Shown: piece by piece, positions 52,301-61,079 of the stretch | How positions within the stretch are numbered: the stretch's first letter is position 1 | How the letters are laid out: each line of letters opens with the position of its first letter | Source of the DNA: an uncultured delta proteobacterium | GTDB taxonomy: Bacteria; Myxococcota_A; Polyangia; Polyangiales; Ga0077539 | Reading direction: 5' to 3' | NCBI GenBank assembly: GCA_903845045.1 | Contig: CAIMWA010000029.1 | Location: forward strand, 32 to 64,031 | Length of the DNA stretch: 64,000 bases | The notes under the pieces: model-generated | What the model was told of the DNA's origin: nothing | The model's input: only the letters and a program-made list of their open reading frames with translations | Database searches by the model: none | Position numbers and translations under genes: made by a program

Positions 52301-54081
52301 GCGCGGCGAACTGCGGCGCCTGCGGCCGCGCGTGCGCCCTCGCCAACGCGACGTCGGCGTGCACGTCCGGCGCCTGCACCGTGAGCGCCTGCTCCACGGG
52401 CTACCTCGACTGCGACGGCATCGCGGCGGACGGCTGCGAGGTCAACACCCGCACGGACCTCAACAACTGCGGCGCGTGCGGCGTGTCGTGCTCGGCCGGC
52501 CAGGTGTGCTCGGCCGGCGTGTGCACCGCGACCTGCGCCAGCCCGCTCAGCACCTGCGGCGCCGCGTCGTCGGCGTACTGCGCGAACCTCTCGTCGGACC
52601 CGCTGAACTGCGGCGTCTGCAGCCTCGTGTGCGCGCTCTCCGGCGCGGCCACGAACGGCTGCAGCGGCGGCGCCTGCACGGTGCTCACGTGCAACGCCGG
52701 CCTCGGCAACTGCGACGCCATCGCGGCCAACGGCTGCGAGACGAACCTCAACACCACCGCGGCGAACTGCGGCGCCTGCGGCCGCGCCTGCTCGCTGTCG
52801 TTCGCCACGGCGACCTGCGTCGGCGGCGCCTGCGCCGTCGGCTCGTGCACGACGGGGCACCGCGACTGCGACGCGAGCCCGTCGAACGGCTGCGAGGTGA
52901 ACATCCTCACGGACAACGCCAACTGCGGCGGCTGTGGCACGCCGTGCGGCGCCGGCCAGGTGTGCTCCTCGGGCGTGTGCACGGCGACGTGCGCCTCGCC
53001 CCTCACGGCGTGCAGCGGCGCCTGCGTGAACCTCGCGACGGACCCGACGCACTGCGGCCTCTGCACGACGACCTGCCCCGCGCGGACCAACGCCGCGCCG
53101 GTCTGCAACTCGAGCGTCTGCGGCTACGTGTGCTCCGCGGGCTTCGCCGACTGCGACCTCGCGTCGGCCAACGGCTGCGAGGTGAACGTCACCACGTCGC
53201 TCACGAACTGCGGCGCCTGCGGCAACGCGTGCCCGGCGCGCGCCAATGCGACGGCCACCTGCGGCAGCGGCACCTGCGGGTTCACCTGCAACAGCGGCTT
53301 CGCCGACTGCGACGGCGTGGCCAGCAACGGCTGCGAGGTCGACCTCAGCAGCAACGCCGCGCACTGCGGCACCTGCGCGACGAGCTGCGGAACCGGCGCC
53401 TGCACGGCCGGAAGCTGCGGTCCGGCCTGCTACACGGGCGCGGCCCGGGTGCTCATGCTGAGCTCCGGCGGGAGCGCGTCGACGACGTACTTCCCGGCGG
53501 GCACCGTGGTCACCACGGTGACGGACGCGATGTGGTCGTCGATGACGGCGGCGCAGTTCGGCAACTACGACCTGCTCTGGGTCGACGGAGCGAGCTGCAG
53601 CGGCACGCTGACCCCGTACTCCACGCTGACGTCGACGGTCGCGGCCTGGGGCCCGGCGGTCACCGGCCGCGTCGCTCTCACGACCTCGGACGCGGACCTC
53701 CACGCGCCGGGCAACGGCAACGCGCAGACGTTCATCGCGAACAGCGTGCGCTACCTCGCGGGCCTCGGCCGCAACGTCGACGGCGGCCGCACCGGCATGT
53801 ACCTCTCCACGGGGTGCTCCGGCGTGACGCTGGGCAACTACACCGGCGCCTTCGGCAGCCCGCTCACGAGCTCCACCGGGGTCTCCTGCGTCGACCCGAC
53901 GGCGGTGACCACGGCGGGCCTCACGCACCCGATGCTCTCGGGCATCGCGACGACCAGCGCGCTGTCGTGGGGCTGCTTCGGGCACACGTACATGTCCGCG
54001 TACCCCGCGGCGTTCACGGACCTCGCGGACCTCGGCACCGGCCAGGCCGGGCTCGTCGTCCGCTCCGTGACCTGCCACTGA
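49327..54081 (+). CDS. Giant secreted cysteine-rich repeat lipoprotein (1584 aa, about 27 CGxCG modules plus a non-repeat C-terminal domain of about 215 aa)
   Basis: I trimmed the track ORF 49036..54081 to the ATG at 49327 ([26 protein letters not shown]), giving a lipobox. By my own count, about 27 copies of (N/H)CGxCGxxC are embedded in two module types. The last 215 aa or so have a different composition. Confidence 0.9.
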   Translation: MNRRFNGRLWEAATLVAAMVLASCTGDSVVGERTGMDAGADIACTGSATRCGATCVDTRSDTANCGACGNACGASMLCTNGTCQLSCPGGATACSGTCVNVQTDNANCGRCGQACAGGQVCSLGRCSLTCASTLATCGGGDAGADAGSTQRCADLTTDNNNCGACGTVCPSGQRCLDRHCQVSCAVGQTTCNGTCRDLQTDNNNCGACGNACLAGTTCTAGVCAVSCSAALTQCGSTCVNLQTDNDNCGNCGLACASGQVCSRGTCATSCATSLATCPSTDGAYCANTAVDPANCGMCGRACSLPHTTTAGCSAGSCSVVRCATGFGDCDGDPSNGCESSTTDNVSNCGACGRACVLPHASAMCAASTCAIGACAPGFADCDGVAANGCEVNTQADNGNCGTCGTSCPAGQVCSGGTCGTTCAAPLTACTGSASAYCANTQNDPTNCGACGRGCALAHTAVTTCASGGCAVASCSMGFADCDHDATTGCEASLLTDTANCGACGRLCVLANAASTCSSGACAVTTCNAGYADCNAMAADGCEVNTQTDNANCGACGTTCGAGQVCSGGMCRTTCASPLATCGTGSAQFCANTSIDPSNCGACGTACALPNVAANGCASGACTVHVCNASFGDCDGTAANGCESNLQADEANCGTCGHLCALPNAASTCMGGSCALGACSVGFANCDGSGANGCEVNTNTDNGNCGACGTSCPAGQVCSSGHCTTTCASPLATCGTGSAQYCAATASDPANCGSCGTTCALAHASNSGCNAGGCVVIGCLTGFANCNAAASDGCEANLNTDIANCGACGRACVGTQTCVGGTCTCGAGRTLCGSTCVNTATDSSNCGVCGHACALSNATSACTASACAITACGTGFANCDSDPTNGCEINTQTDSGNCGGCGVTCGAGQVCSRGACTTTCAAPLSTCGTAPAQYCANVSVDPANCGSCGNVCTLAHATEGCGGGACTVQRCDAGFGDCDNVASTGCEANLNTSAANCGACGRACALANATSACTSGACTVSACSTGYLDCDGIAADGCEVNTRTDLNNCGACGVSCSAGQVCSAGVCTATCASPLSTCGAASSAYCANLSSDPLNCGVCSLVCALSGAATNGCSGGACTVLTCNAGLGNCDAIAANGCETNLNTTAANCGACGRACSLSFATATCVGGACAVGSCTTGHRDCDASPSNGCEVNILTDNANCGGCGTPCGAGQVCSSGVCTATCASPLTACSGACVNLATDPTHCGLCTTTCPARTNAAPVCNSSVCGYVCSAGFADCDLASANGCEVNVTTSLTNCGACGNACPARANATATCGSGTCGFTCNSGFADCDGVASNGCEVDLSSNAAHCGTCATSCGTGACTAGSCGPACYTGAARVLMLSSGGSASTTYFPAGTVVTTVTDAMWSSMTAAQFGNYDLLWVDGASCSGTLTPYSTLTSTVAAWGPAVTGRVALTTSDADLHAPGNGNAQTFIANSVRYLAGLGRNVDGGRTGMYLSTGCSGVTLGNYTGAFGSPLTSSTGVSCVDPTAVTTAGLTHPMLSGIATTSALSWGCFGHTYMSAYPAAFTDLADLGTGQAGLVVRSVTCH
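50500..53100 (+). repeat. Higher-order super-repeat of about 456 bp (152 aa) inside the giant Cys-rich gene
   Basis: The landmark gc(c/g)gg(c/t)cagg (AGQVCS) recurs at 50551, 51007, 51463, 52042, 52495 and 52951. The spacings are 456, 456, 579, 453 and 456 bp. The 579-bp unit carries one extra module of about 41 aa. Confidence 0.85.
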
Positions 54082-54102
54082 CCCTCCTGCCCCGCACCGA
54101 CG

Positions 54103-54125
54103 CCCCCGGGGAGAGCTCCCGGGGG
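54103..54125 (+). terminator. 8-bp G/C stem-loop 22 nt after the giant gene's stop codon
   Basis: cccccggg (54103-54110), loop gagagct, then cccggggg (54118-54125), which is the exact reverse complement. No U-tract follows. Confidence 0.4.
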
Positions 54126-54136
54126 CCGCCGGTCCC

Positions 54137-54165
54137 TTGAACCTGCCCCGCCCCGGTGGTATCCA
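54137..54165 (+). promoter_or_regulatory. Candidate sigma-70-type promoter for rpsB-tsf
   Basis: TTGAAC (54137-54142), a 17-nt spacer, then TATCCA (54160-54165). It would give a leader of about 180 nt that contains a 7-bp hairpin cccggag-cgt-ctccggg (54277-54293). This is a pattern match only. Confidence 0.25.
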
Positions 54166-54349
54166 GCACGCCCTCGCGACGCGGGCGTTGGTGCCCTCGA
54201 TCGCGAGAATCCACACCTTCCGGCAGTGCGAAAGACCTTGGAAACAAGGGTTTTCGCGACGGTGCGCGGGTGGGTGCCCGGAGCGTCTCCGGGTCCTGCG
54301 CGCCGGCCGGCAAAGGGAGGTTCAACCCGATGCCACGGAGTCTCCGACC

Positions 54350-55339
54350 ATGACGATGGAAGCCTCGATGCCCCTTCCGGGCGAAGCCCCGCTCCCCGTT
54401 CGCGCGCTGCTCGATGCCGGCGTGCACTTCGGCCACCAGACCAAGCGCTGGAACCCGAAGATGCAGCAGTACATCTACGGCGCCCGCAACGGCATTCACA
54501 TCATCGACCTCGACCAGACCGCTCGTCTGTTCACCCGCGCCTACAACTTCATCAGCGACGTGGTGGGCAAGGGCGGGCACGTGCTGTTCGTCGGCACGAA
54601 GCGCCAGGCCCAGGAGATCGTCCAGGAAGAGGCCGCCCGGTCGAACATGCACTTCGTCACGAACCGCTGGCTCGGCGGCACGCTGACGAACTTCCGCACG
54701 ATCCGCACGGGCATCGCCCGCCTCCGCGACATCGAGAAGATGAAGGAGGACGGCACCTACGAGAACCTTCCGAAGAAGGAGACCCTCGGCCTCGAGAAGG
54801 AGCGCATCCGCCTCGAGGAGTACATCGGCGGCATCAAGAACATGAACGGGCTCCCGTCCGCCGTGTTCCTCATCGATCCGGCGCTCGAGGACATCGCCGT
54901 GAAGGAGGCCCGCAAGCTGGGCATCCCGATCGTCGCGATCACCGACACGAACTGCGACCCGGACGTCATCAACTTCCCGATCCCGGGCAACGACGACGCG
55001 ATCCGCTCCATCAAGCTCGTGACGGCGCGCATCGCCGACGCGTGCATCGAGGGCGTGCAGAAGCGCCGCGACGTGCCGGGCGGCGACCACCGCGGCTCGC
55101 GCGAGGTCGAGATGTCTCCCCGCGAGCGCGACCGCGAGCGCGGCCGTGAGCGCGGCGGCGGCGGCCCCGGCGGCCGTGGTCCCGGTGGCCGTGGTCCCGG
55201 CGGCCCCGGTGGCCGTGGCCCCGGCGGCCCTGGCGGCCGTGGTCCCAGCGGCCCGATCGTCACGACGACGCCGGCCCCGGCGAGCACCGGCCCGCGCGGC
55301 CCGAGCTCCTTCGGCGGCCCGACCGAGCCCACGAGCTGA
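54350..55339 (+). CDS. rpsB: 30S ribosomal protein S2 with a low-complexity C-terminal extension of about 85 aa
   Basis: [53 protein letters not shown] and [13 protein letters not shown] are canonical S2 blocks. I trimmed the track ORF 54137..55339 to the ATG at 54350. The tail is [45 protein letters not shown]... Confidence 0.95.
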   Translation: MTMEASMPLPGEAPLPVRALLDAGVHFGHQTKRWNPKMQQYIYGARNGIHIIDLDQTARLFTRAYNFISDVVGKGGHVLFVGTKRQAQEIVQEEAARSNMHFVTNRWLGGTLTNFRTIRTGIARLRDIEKMKEDGTYENLPKKETLGLEKERIRLEEYIGGIKNMNGLPSAVFLIDPALEDIAVKEARKLGIPIVAITDTNCDPDVINFPIPGNDDAIRSIKLVTARIADACIEGVQKRRDVPGGDHRGSREVEMSPRERDRERGRERGGGGPGGRGPGGRGPGGPGGRGPGGPGGRGPSGPIVTTTPAPASTGPRGPSSFGGPTEPTS

Positions 55340-55411
55340 GCTCCCGCGGCGAAGGGCCTCGGCGCCCTCGCGACCCCTTTCACGTTACGACACCCGGTAA
55401 ATTGATTCCGA

Positions 55412-55435
55412 CCGGGGAGCCCATGCGCTCCCCGG
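55412..55435 (+). other. 9-bp stem-loop in the rpsB-tsf intergenic region
   Basis: ccggggagc (55412-55420), loop ccatgc, then gctccccgg (55427-55435), which is the exact reverse complement. It lies 33 nt upstream of the tsf ATG. It could be an attenuator, a processing site or a stabilising element. Confidence 0.4.
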
Positions 55436-55468
55436 CGGAACGGCGACTGAACCCCATCGAGGAAGACA

Positions 55469-56578
55469 ATGGCTGAGATCACCGTTGCAATGGTCAAGGA
55501 GCTCCGCGAGCGCACGCAGGCGGGCATGTCCGACTGCAAGAACGCCCTCAAGGAGGCCGACGGCGACATGGCGAAGGCCGTCGAGGTCCTTCAGAAGAAG
55601 GGCGCGATCAAGACCGCGAAGGCCGCGGGCAAGATCGCCGCCGAGGGCGCCGTGTCGGCGCTCGTCGACGGGGGCGCCGGCGTGGTGATCGAGCTGAACT
55701 GCCAGACCGATTTCGTCGCGCGCGGCGACGACTTCAAGGACCTGCTCAAGGCCCTCACGACGGCGGCGCTGGCCCACGGCACCGGCGACGCGGCGGCGCT
55801 CGAGGCGGTCTCCATCGACGGCGTGACCTTCAAGGAGCGCATCGACGGCCTGACGGCGCGCTCCGGCGAGAAGCACGCGCTCCGTCGCGTGTCGCTCTTC
55901 CAGGGCGCGGCGGGCGCGCACCTTCACACCTACGTGCACTCGAACTTCCGCATCGGCGTGCTCGTCGAGGTGGCCAGCTCGAACGTCGGCGACGCCCGCG
56001 TCGTCGATTTCGCCGACGACGTCTGCCTGCAGGTGGCCTCGATGGCGCCGCGCTTCCTCGACAAGAGCGAGGTGCCCGCCGACGTCGTCGCCAAGCAGCG
56101 CGAGATCTTCTCGGCGCAGATGGACAAGGAAGACGCCGAGGCCGCCGCGGCGCCGGGCGAGTTCCTCACGCGCGTGCAGTCGCTGATCGCCGAGCGCTCC
56201 CAGGAAGAGGGCCGCGAGATCGGCGACATGGACGCCGCGGTGAAGGCCCACTTCGAGCAGTCGGAGAAGGACCGCGCCACCCTCGACGGCTTCAAGAAGG
56301 CCGCCGACAAGGCCAAGGGCCGCGCGCCGACGGCGAAGGAGAAGATCCTCGACGGCAAGGTGGCGAAGTGGCTCACGGAGATCGTGCTGCTCGACCAGAT
56401 CTCCGTGAAGGAGTCGAACACGGCGATCTCGAAGGTGCAGTCGAACGTCGCGGCGGCGGTGCCCGGCACCAAGGTCGTGCGCTTCGTGCGCTACGAGGTC
56501 GGCGAGGGCATCGACAAGGGCCAGGCCAAGGACTTCGCCACCGAGGTCGCCGAGATGGCGGCGCAGGCGAAGGGCTGA
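55469..56578 (+). CDS. tsf: Elongation factor Ts (369 aa, with an internal insertion)
   Basis: MAEITVAMVKELRERTQAGMSDCKNALKEADGDMAKAVEVLQKKG is the UBA-like N-domain. ELNCQTDFVARGDDF is the core signature. Confidence 0.95.
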   Translation: MAEITVAMVKELRERTQAGMSDCKNALKEADGDMAKAVEVLQKKGAIKTAKAAGKIAAEGAVSALVDGGAGVVIELNCQTDFVARGDDFKDLLKALTTAALAHGTGDAAALEAVSIDGVTFKERIDGLTARSGEKHALRRVSLFQGAAGAHLHTYVHSNFRIGVLVEVASSNVGDARVVDFADDVCLQVASMAPRFLDKSEVPADVVAKQREIFSAQMDKEDAEAAAAPGEFLTRVQSLIAERSQEEGREIGDMDAAVKAHFEQSEKDRATLDGFKKAADKAKGRAPTAKEKILDGKVAKWLTEIVLLDQISVKESNTAISKVQSNVAAAVPGTKVVRFVRYEVGEGIDKGQAKDFATEVAEMAAQAKG

Positions 56579-56582
56579 TCGC

Positions 56583-57353
56583 ATGCGGTCCACCCCGTCG
56601 AGGCCCTGGTCCCGGGGCCTCCTGCGGTGGACCGCGCTCCTCCTCGTCGTCGACGCCGGGGCTTTCTTTCTCGGCGCGCAGGTCTTCCACGACATCTCCC
56701 GCGCGCTCGGCGCCGTGATCCTCTGGGGCGCGGCGTCGCTCCTTGCGGTGTGCGTGCTCTACGTCGCCGCGGCGGCGGGCGGTGACGCGGGCCTCGTGCT
56801 CAAGGGCGAGCGCTGGCCGTGGCTGCAGCCGCTGTTCTTTCCGTTTCGCCTGGTGAGCTTCGTCGTCTTCGCCGTGTCGCGGGTGCTGCGGCGCGGCGGT
56901 GACACGGTGTGCGAGGTGGTGCCGGGCCTCGCCATCGGGCCGCGGCTCTTCGCGTGGGAGGCCGAGGAGCTTCGTTCGCGGGGCTACACCGGCGTCGTCG
57001 ACCTCACGAGCGAGCTCCCCGTCGCGCGGGTCTTCACAGCCACGCCCTTCGAGCGTCACGCCGGTCCGACGCTGGACCGCGCGCCGCCGACGGACCCCGC
57101 CCTCGACCGCGCCGTCGCGTGGACCGTGGAGCGCATCGCGTCGGGCCGCGCCGTCTACGTGCACTGCGCCTTCGGTCGCGGACGCAGCGCGCTGGTCACC
57201 GCCGCCGTGCTCGTGCGCCTCGGGCACGCGACGACCGCCGACGAGGCCGTGGCCAAGGTGGCGGCGGCGCGTCCGCAGGTGCGCGTCGCGGGCGAGCAGT
57301 GGGATGCCCTCGTCGCGTGGGTCGCGCGGCAGGAGCCTCGGCCCACGCCGTAG
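56583..57353 (+). CDS. Membrane-anchored Cys-based (CX5R) dual-specificity / PTP-like phosphatase
   Basis: It starts 4 nt after the tsf stop. The N-terminus has about 3-4 TM helices. The active-site loop is VHCAFGRGRSA, i.e. HCxxGxxR(S/T). Confidence 0.8.
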   Translation: MRSTPSRPWSRGLLRWTALLLVVDAGAFFLGAQVFHDISRALGAVILWGAASLLAVCVLYVAAAAGGDAGLVLKGERWPWLQPLFFPFRLVSFVVFAVSRVLRRGGDTVCEVVPGLAIGPRLFAWEAEELRSRGYTGVVDLTSELPVARVFTATPFERHAGPTLDRAPPTDPALDRAVAWTVERIASGRAVYVHCAFGRGRSALVTAAVLVRLGHATTADEAVAKVAAARPQVRVAGEQWDALVAWVARQEPRPTP

Positions 57354-57403
57354 AGACGCCGACCGGGTTGGCGTTCCGGCGGCATTCGCGATACCTCCGC
57401 GCC

Positions 57404-60400
57404 GTGACCACGCCGCCGTCGTCTTCGGGCCGCAGCGCAGGCATCCGCGCGCTCGCGGTGCCGTTCCTCTGCTTCTTCCTCTCCGGCGCCTCGGGCCTCG
57501 TCTTCGAGGTCATCTGGACGCGCATGCTCACGCTGGTCTTCGGCGCCTCGACGCCGGCCATCAGCACCGTGCTGAGCGCGTTCATGGGCGGCCTCGCGCT
57601 GGGCTCGTGGTTCTTCGGGCGCTTCACCGATCGCCTGAAATTCCCGATCCTCACGTACGCGGCGATGGAGGCCGGCGTCGGCGTCCTCGCGCTGATCATC
57701 CCGGCGGTGGTTCACGGGGTCTATCCGCCGTTCTCGCACTGGGTCACGAACCACGGCGGCAACCGCTTCGACGTCTTCACGATGCTGCGCTTCGTCGTCG
57801 TCGCGCTGGTGCTGCTGCCCCCGACGACGCTCATGGGCGCCACGCTGCCGCTGCTCGCCAAGCACCTCGTGCGGCAGGGCGGCGGCCTCGGCCAGCGCGT
57901 CGGCGCGCTCTACGCCACCAACACCTTCGGCGCCGTGGCGGGAACGTTCCTCGCGGGCTTCTTCCTGCTCCCGGGCTTCGGTCTGCGCTTCACCAACGCC
58001 ACGGCGGCATGCACGAACCTCGCGCTCGCGGGGCTCATCGTGCTGTTCCGCAAGAGCCTGCTGGGCGCGGCGTGGCCGAAGTCGTGGCGAGATCTGCTGC
58101 CCGCGCGCACGGCCGAAGAGGCCGACGCCGAGACCCCCGCGGCGCCCGCCGAGCCCGAGGCCCCGGACGCCGTCGCGACGCCCGACGAGGACTCCCTCAT
58201 CGACGAGGCCAGCACGCCCCTCACGCGGCGCTTCGTGCTCCTCGCCGCCGCCGGCTCGGGCTTCGCCGCGCTCGCCTACGAGGTGATCCTGTCGCGCGCG
58301 CTCGACATGGTGATCGGGTCGTCGATCTACTCGTTCACCATCATCCTGATGGGGTTCCTCATCGGCATCGGCGGGGGCAGCGGCGTGGCCTCGACGATCC
58401 TGCGGCTGCGCCCGTCGGTCACGGCGACGCTGGCCGTGGGAGGCGCCCTCGAGGCCGTCGCGGTGCTGCAGTTCCTGGTCTACCAGACGACGCTGTCGCG
58501 GCTGCTTTGGGCCGTGATCACGCTGGTCGTGCTCCTCGGCACGGCGATCGCCACGACGTGGCGGCGACCGACGCTGGCCCTCGCGCTGACGCAGCTCCTC
58601 ATCGCCGCCGGCGCCATCGTCACGTACTTCTTCCAGGACCGCGTGCCGCGGATGTTCGTGTACCTCGCGCTGTCGTCGACGACGAACTGCGACGCCCACG
58701 AGGCCATCCACTTCTCGCAGCACGTCGGCGAGATCCAGTGGCTCAGCTTCGTCGTGGCGTTGCTCTGCGCGCTGCCCGCGGCGGTGGGCATGGGCGCGGC
58801 GTTCCCCCTCGGCATCCGCGCCTACGCGACGGACAAGGAGCACGTCGGCCGGGACACCAGCGCCGTCTACTCGGTGAACACCATCGGCTCGATCCTCGGG
58901 TCGCTGCTCACGGGCTTCGCCATCATGCCGTGGGTCGGCATGGAGACGGCGATGTACGTGGCCGTCGCGGTGAACCTCGCGCTCGCCCTCGCGCTGCTGC
59001 TCGTGTCACCGGGCGAGGAGCCCGTGAAGTACCTTCTCGTGCCGCTGTGCGCGGTGCTCCTCGCGGTGACCACCGTGGGCGCGACGCTGGGCCGCGACGG
59101 ACGCCTCGCGCGCTCCCGCGGCACCGTGCGCGTGTTCCCGCGCCCCTGGGACCAGGGCGAGATGACCACCGGCGTGTTCCGCCTCTCGCTCGCCGACGGG
59201 ATGATCCAGCGGCGCAACGGGCGCTGCATCGAGACCGGTCCCGCCGACCGCACGCAGCACCTCGGGAGCGACAACCCGATCTACTACCACGACGGCGTGA
59301 CCACCACGGTGACCGTCGAGCGCTGGGCGCTCGGCGCCGACCATGTTCACTACGCTTTGAAGAACAACGGCAAGGTCGACGCGTCGAACGGCGACGACAT
59401 GCCGACGCAGGTGCTCGTCGCGGGCTATCCGCTGCTGCTGCACCCGCGCGGACCGCAGAACCTCGACGTCGCCATCGTGGGCTTCGGCTCCGGCGTGACC
59501 ATCGGCACGACGCTGCAGTTCCCCGTGCGCCGCGTCGACGACGTCGAGCTCGAGCGCTGGATCCCCGACGCCGCGCGGTACTTCCAGGACGTGAACCACC
59601 TCACGTTCCTTCCGCAGCGCGCGTACCCCTTCGTCGAGATGCCGCGGCTCACGCTCATCAACAACGACGGGCGCAACTACCTCGCGGGCACCGACCGCCG
59701 CTACCACGTGGTCATCAGCGAGCCGTCGAACCCGTGGATCACCGGCGTCTCGAACCTCTTCACCGAGGACCACTTCCGCGCGGCCACGCAGGCCCTCACG
59801 CCGGACGGGATCTTCGTGCAGTGGGTGCAGCTCTACGAGATGTCGCCGAACAACATCAAGACGATCTACCGCACCTTCGCGACGGTGTTCCCGTACGTGC
59901 GCGTCTTCGCCGCCGACGCTTACAGCTCCGACACCATCATGCTCGGATCCTTCCGTCCGATCCCGGTGGACCCCGAGCACATCGACGCGCTGCTCGCCGA
60001 CCGCTCCATCCGCGCCGCGGTGGACCCGTCGCACGCCGCGTCGGCGTCGGACCTGCTCGCCCGCATGCTCTTCGCGAACCGCGAGGAGGTGCTGCAGTTC
60101 GCGCACATCGACGAGCGCCTCGAGCGCGGCGCGTGGCGTCCCGATCTGCGCGCCAACGGCCTCGGCGAGTGCGTGATGCCGTCGTGCCGCCGCACCGCCG
60201 CGCCGGTGAACACCGACGACAACGCGCGCATCGAGTTCGCCGCGCCGCGGGACCTCATCGGCTTCGACGCGTTCTCGGGCTACGTCGAGACGATGTACTC
60301 CGAGGACTGGTCCTACGGGCGCGTGGAGCGCGAGCTGCCGCCGATGGCGGACCCGAACCGCCGCGCGCGCACCCTCGCGAACCTCGCCGTGTCGCTCCTC

Positions 60401-61072
60401 GCCGCGGGGCGTCCGAGCCGCGCGGGCAACGTGCTCAACGACGCCGTCGCCGCAACGCGCTCGCCCGGCGGCACCATGGACCTACCCGAGCTGAGCCGCG
60501 CCGCGGGCATCTGGGACAGCATCACCACGCCGCGGGAGCCCACCATCCGCCTCGAGCCGCCGGTGCCTGGCCCGGACATGTCCCGCGAGGGCGCGCGGCT
60601 CCTCGAGGAGACCGTCGCGCGGGCGCGGCGCAGCATCGACGAGGGTCACTACGACCAGGCCCTCGAGGCCATGGCAGCGTTGCCCGCGAGCGTGCGCGAC
60701 CACTCGGGCCCGAGCCTGCGGCTCATGTACGGCTACCTGCTCTACCGCGCAGCCCTTCTTCAGGACCGCGACAGCCGCTTCGTCGACGCCGCCGAGGCCC
60801 TCGAGTCCCTCGTCGCCGAGGAGCTCGCCTGGGTCGATCGGCACCCCGAGGTCTACTACCTCATCGGGCGCTCGCGGTTCCGCGCCGGCGACTTCTCCAT
60901 GTCGGTGCAGGCCATGTCGCGCTTCATCGAGCTGGCGCGCAACCCGGTGCACGGCGAGCACGACATGCCCGCGGTGGCCCACGACATCGACGAGCCCGCC
61001 GCGGGCGCGACGCCGAACACCGACGGCGCCGGCGAGAGCGTGAAAGACTCCGCCGCGCACCCCGCGAACTGA
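57404..61072 (+). CDS. Fused polytopic-membrane / spermidine-synthase-like protein with a C-terminal TPR-like region (1222 aa)
   Basis: I propose the GTG at 57404 as the start (the track ORF 56909..61072 overlaps the previous gene). The N-terminal part is FLCFFLSGASGLVFEVIWTRMLTLVFG plus many TM helices. The methyltransferase-fold block is VAIVGFGSGVT...DGRNYL....YHVVISEPSNPW.TG..NLFT.E.F. Confidence 0.8.
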   Translation: MTTPPSSSGRSAGIRALAVPFLCFFLSGASGLVFEVIWTRMLTLVFGASTPAISTVLSAFMGGLALGSWFFGRFTDRLKFPILTYAAMEAGVGVLALIIPAVVHGVYPPFSHWVTNHGGNRFDVFTMLRFVVVALVLLPPTTLMGATLPLLAKHLVRQGGGLGQRVGALYATNTFGAVAGTFLAGFFLLPGFGLRFTNATAACTNLALAGLIVLFRKSLLGAAWPKSWRDLLPARTAEEADAETPAAPAEPEAPDAVATPDEDSLIDEASTPLTRRFVLLAAAGSGFAALAYEVILSRALDMVIGSSIYSFTIILMGFLIGIGGGSGVASTILRLRPSVTATLAVGGALEAVAVLQFLVYQTTLSRLLWAVITLVVLLGTAIATTWRRPTLALALTQLLIAAGAIVTYFFQDRVPRMFVYLALSSTTNCDAHEAIHFSQHVGEIQWLSFVVALLCALPAAVGMGAAFPLGIRAYATDKEHVGRDTSAVYSVNTIGSILGSLLTGFAIMPWVGMETAMYVAVAVNLALALALLLVSPGEEPVKYLLVPLCAVLLAVTTVGATLGRDGRLARSRGTVRVFPRPWDQGEMTTGVFRLSLADGMIQRRNGRCIETGPADRTQHLGSDNPIYYHDGVTTTVTVERWALGADHVHYALKNNGKVDASNGDDMPTQVLVAGYPLLLHPRGPQNLDVAIVGFGSGVTIGTTLQFPVRRVDDVELERWIPDAARYFQDVNHLTFLPQRAYPFVEMPRLTLINNDGRNYLAGTDRRYHVVISEPSNPWITGVSNLFTEDHFRAATQALTPDGIFVQWVQLYEMSPNNIKTIYRTFATVFPYVRVFAADAYSSDTIMLGSFRPIPVDPEHIDALLADRSIRAAVDPSHAASASDLLARMLFANREEVLQFAHIDERLERGAWRPDLRANGLGECVMPSCRRTAAPVNTDDNARIEFAAPRDLIGFDAFSGYVETMYSEDWSYGRVERELPPMADPNRRARTLANLAVSLLAAGRPSRAGNVLNDAVAATRSPGGTMDLPELSRAAGIWDSITTPREPTIRLEPPVPGPDMSREGARLLEETVARARRSIDEGHYDQALEAMAALPASVRDHSGPSLRLMYGYLLYRAALLQDRDSRFVDAAEALESLVAEELAWVDRHPEVYYLIGRSRFRAGDFSMSVQAMSRFIELARNPVHGEHDMPAVAHDIDEPAAGATPNTDGAGESVKDSAAHPAN

Positions 61073-61079
61073 CGCCCGC

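Noticed and set aside
49213-54216. 1667-aa minus-strand ORF, the 47682..50906 extension, and the + frame ORFs 49353.., 50388.., 51357..54140.
   Set aside because: They are antisense or off-frame to the giant CGxCG gene. Their periodicity only mirrors the repeat on the coding strand. The real minus-strand gene ends at its signal-peptide ATG at 49124.
54137-54349. N-terminal extension of rpsB suggested by the track ORF.
   Set aside because: The extension ([19 protein letters not shown]...) has no similarity to S2. It overlaps the putative promoter and leader. The conserved S2 core begins shortly after the ATG at 54350.
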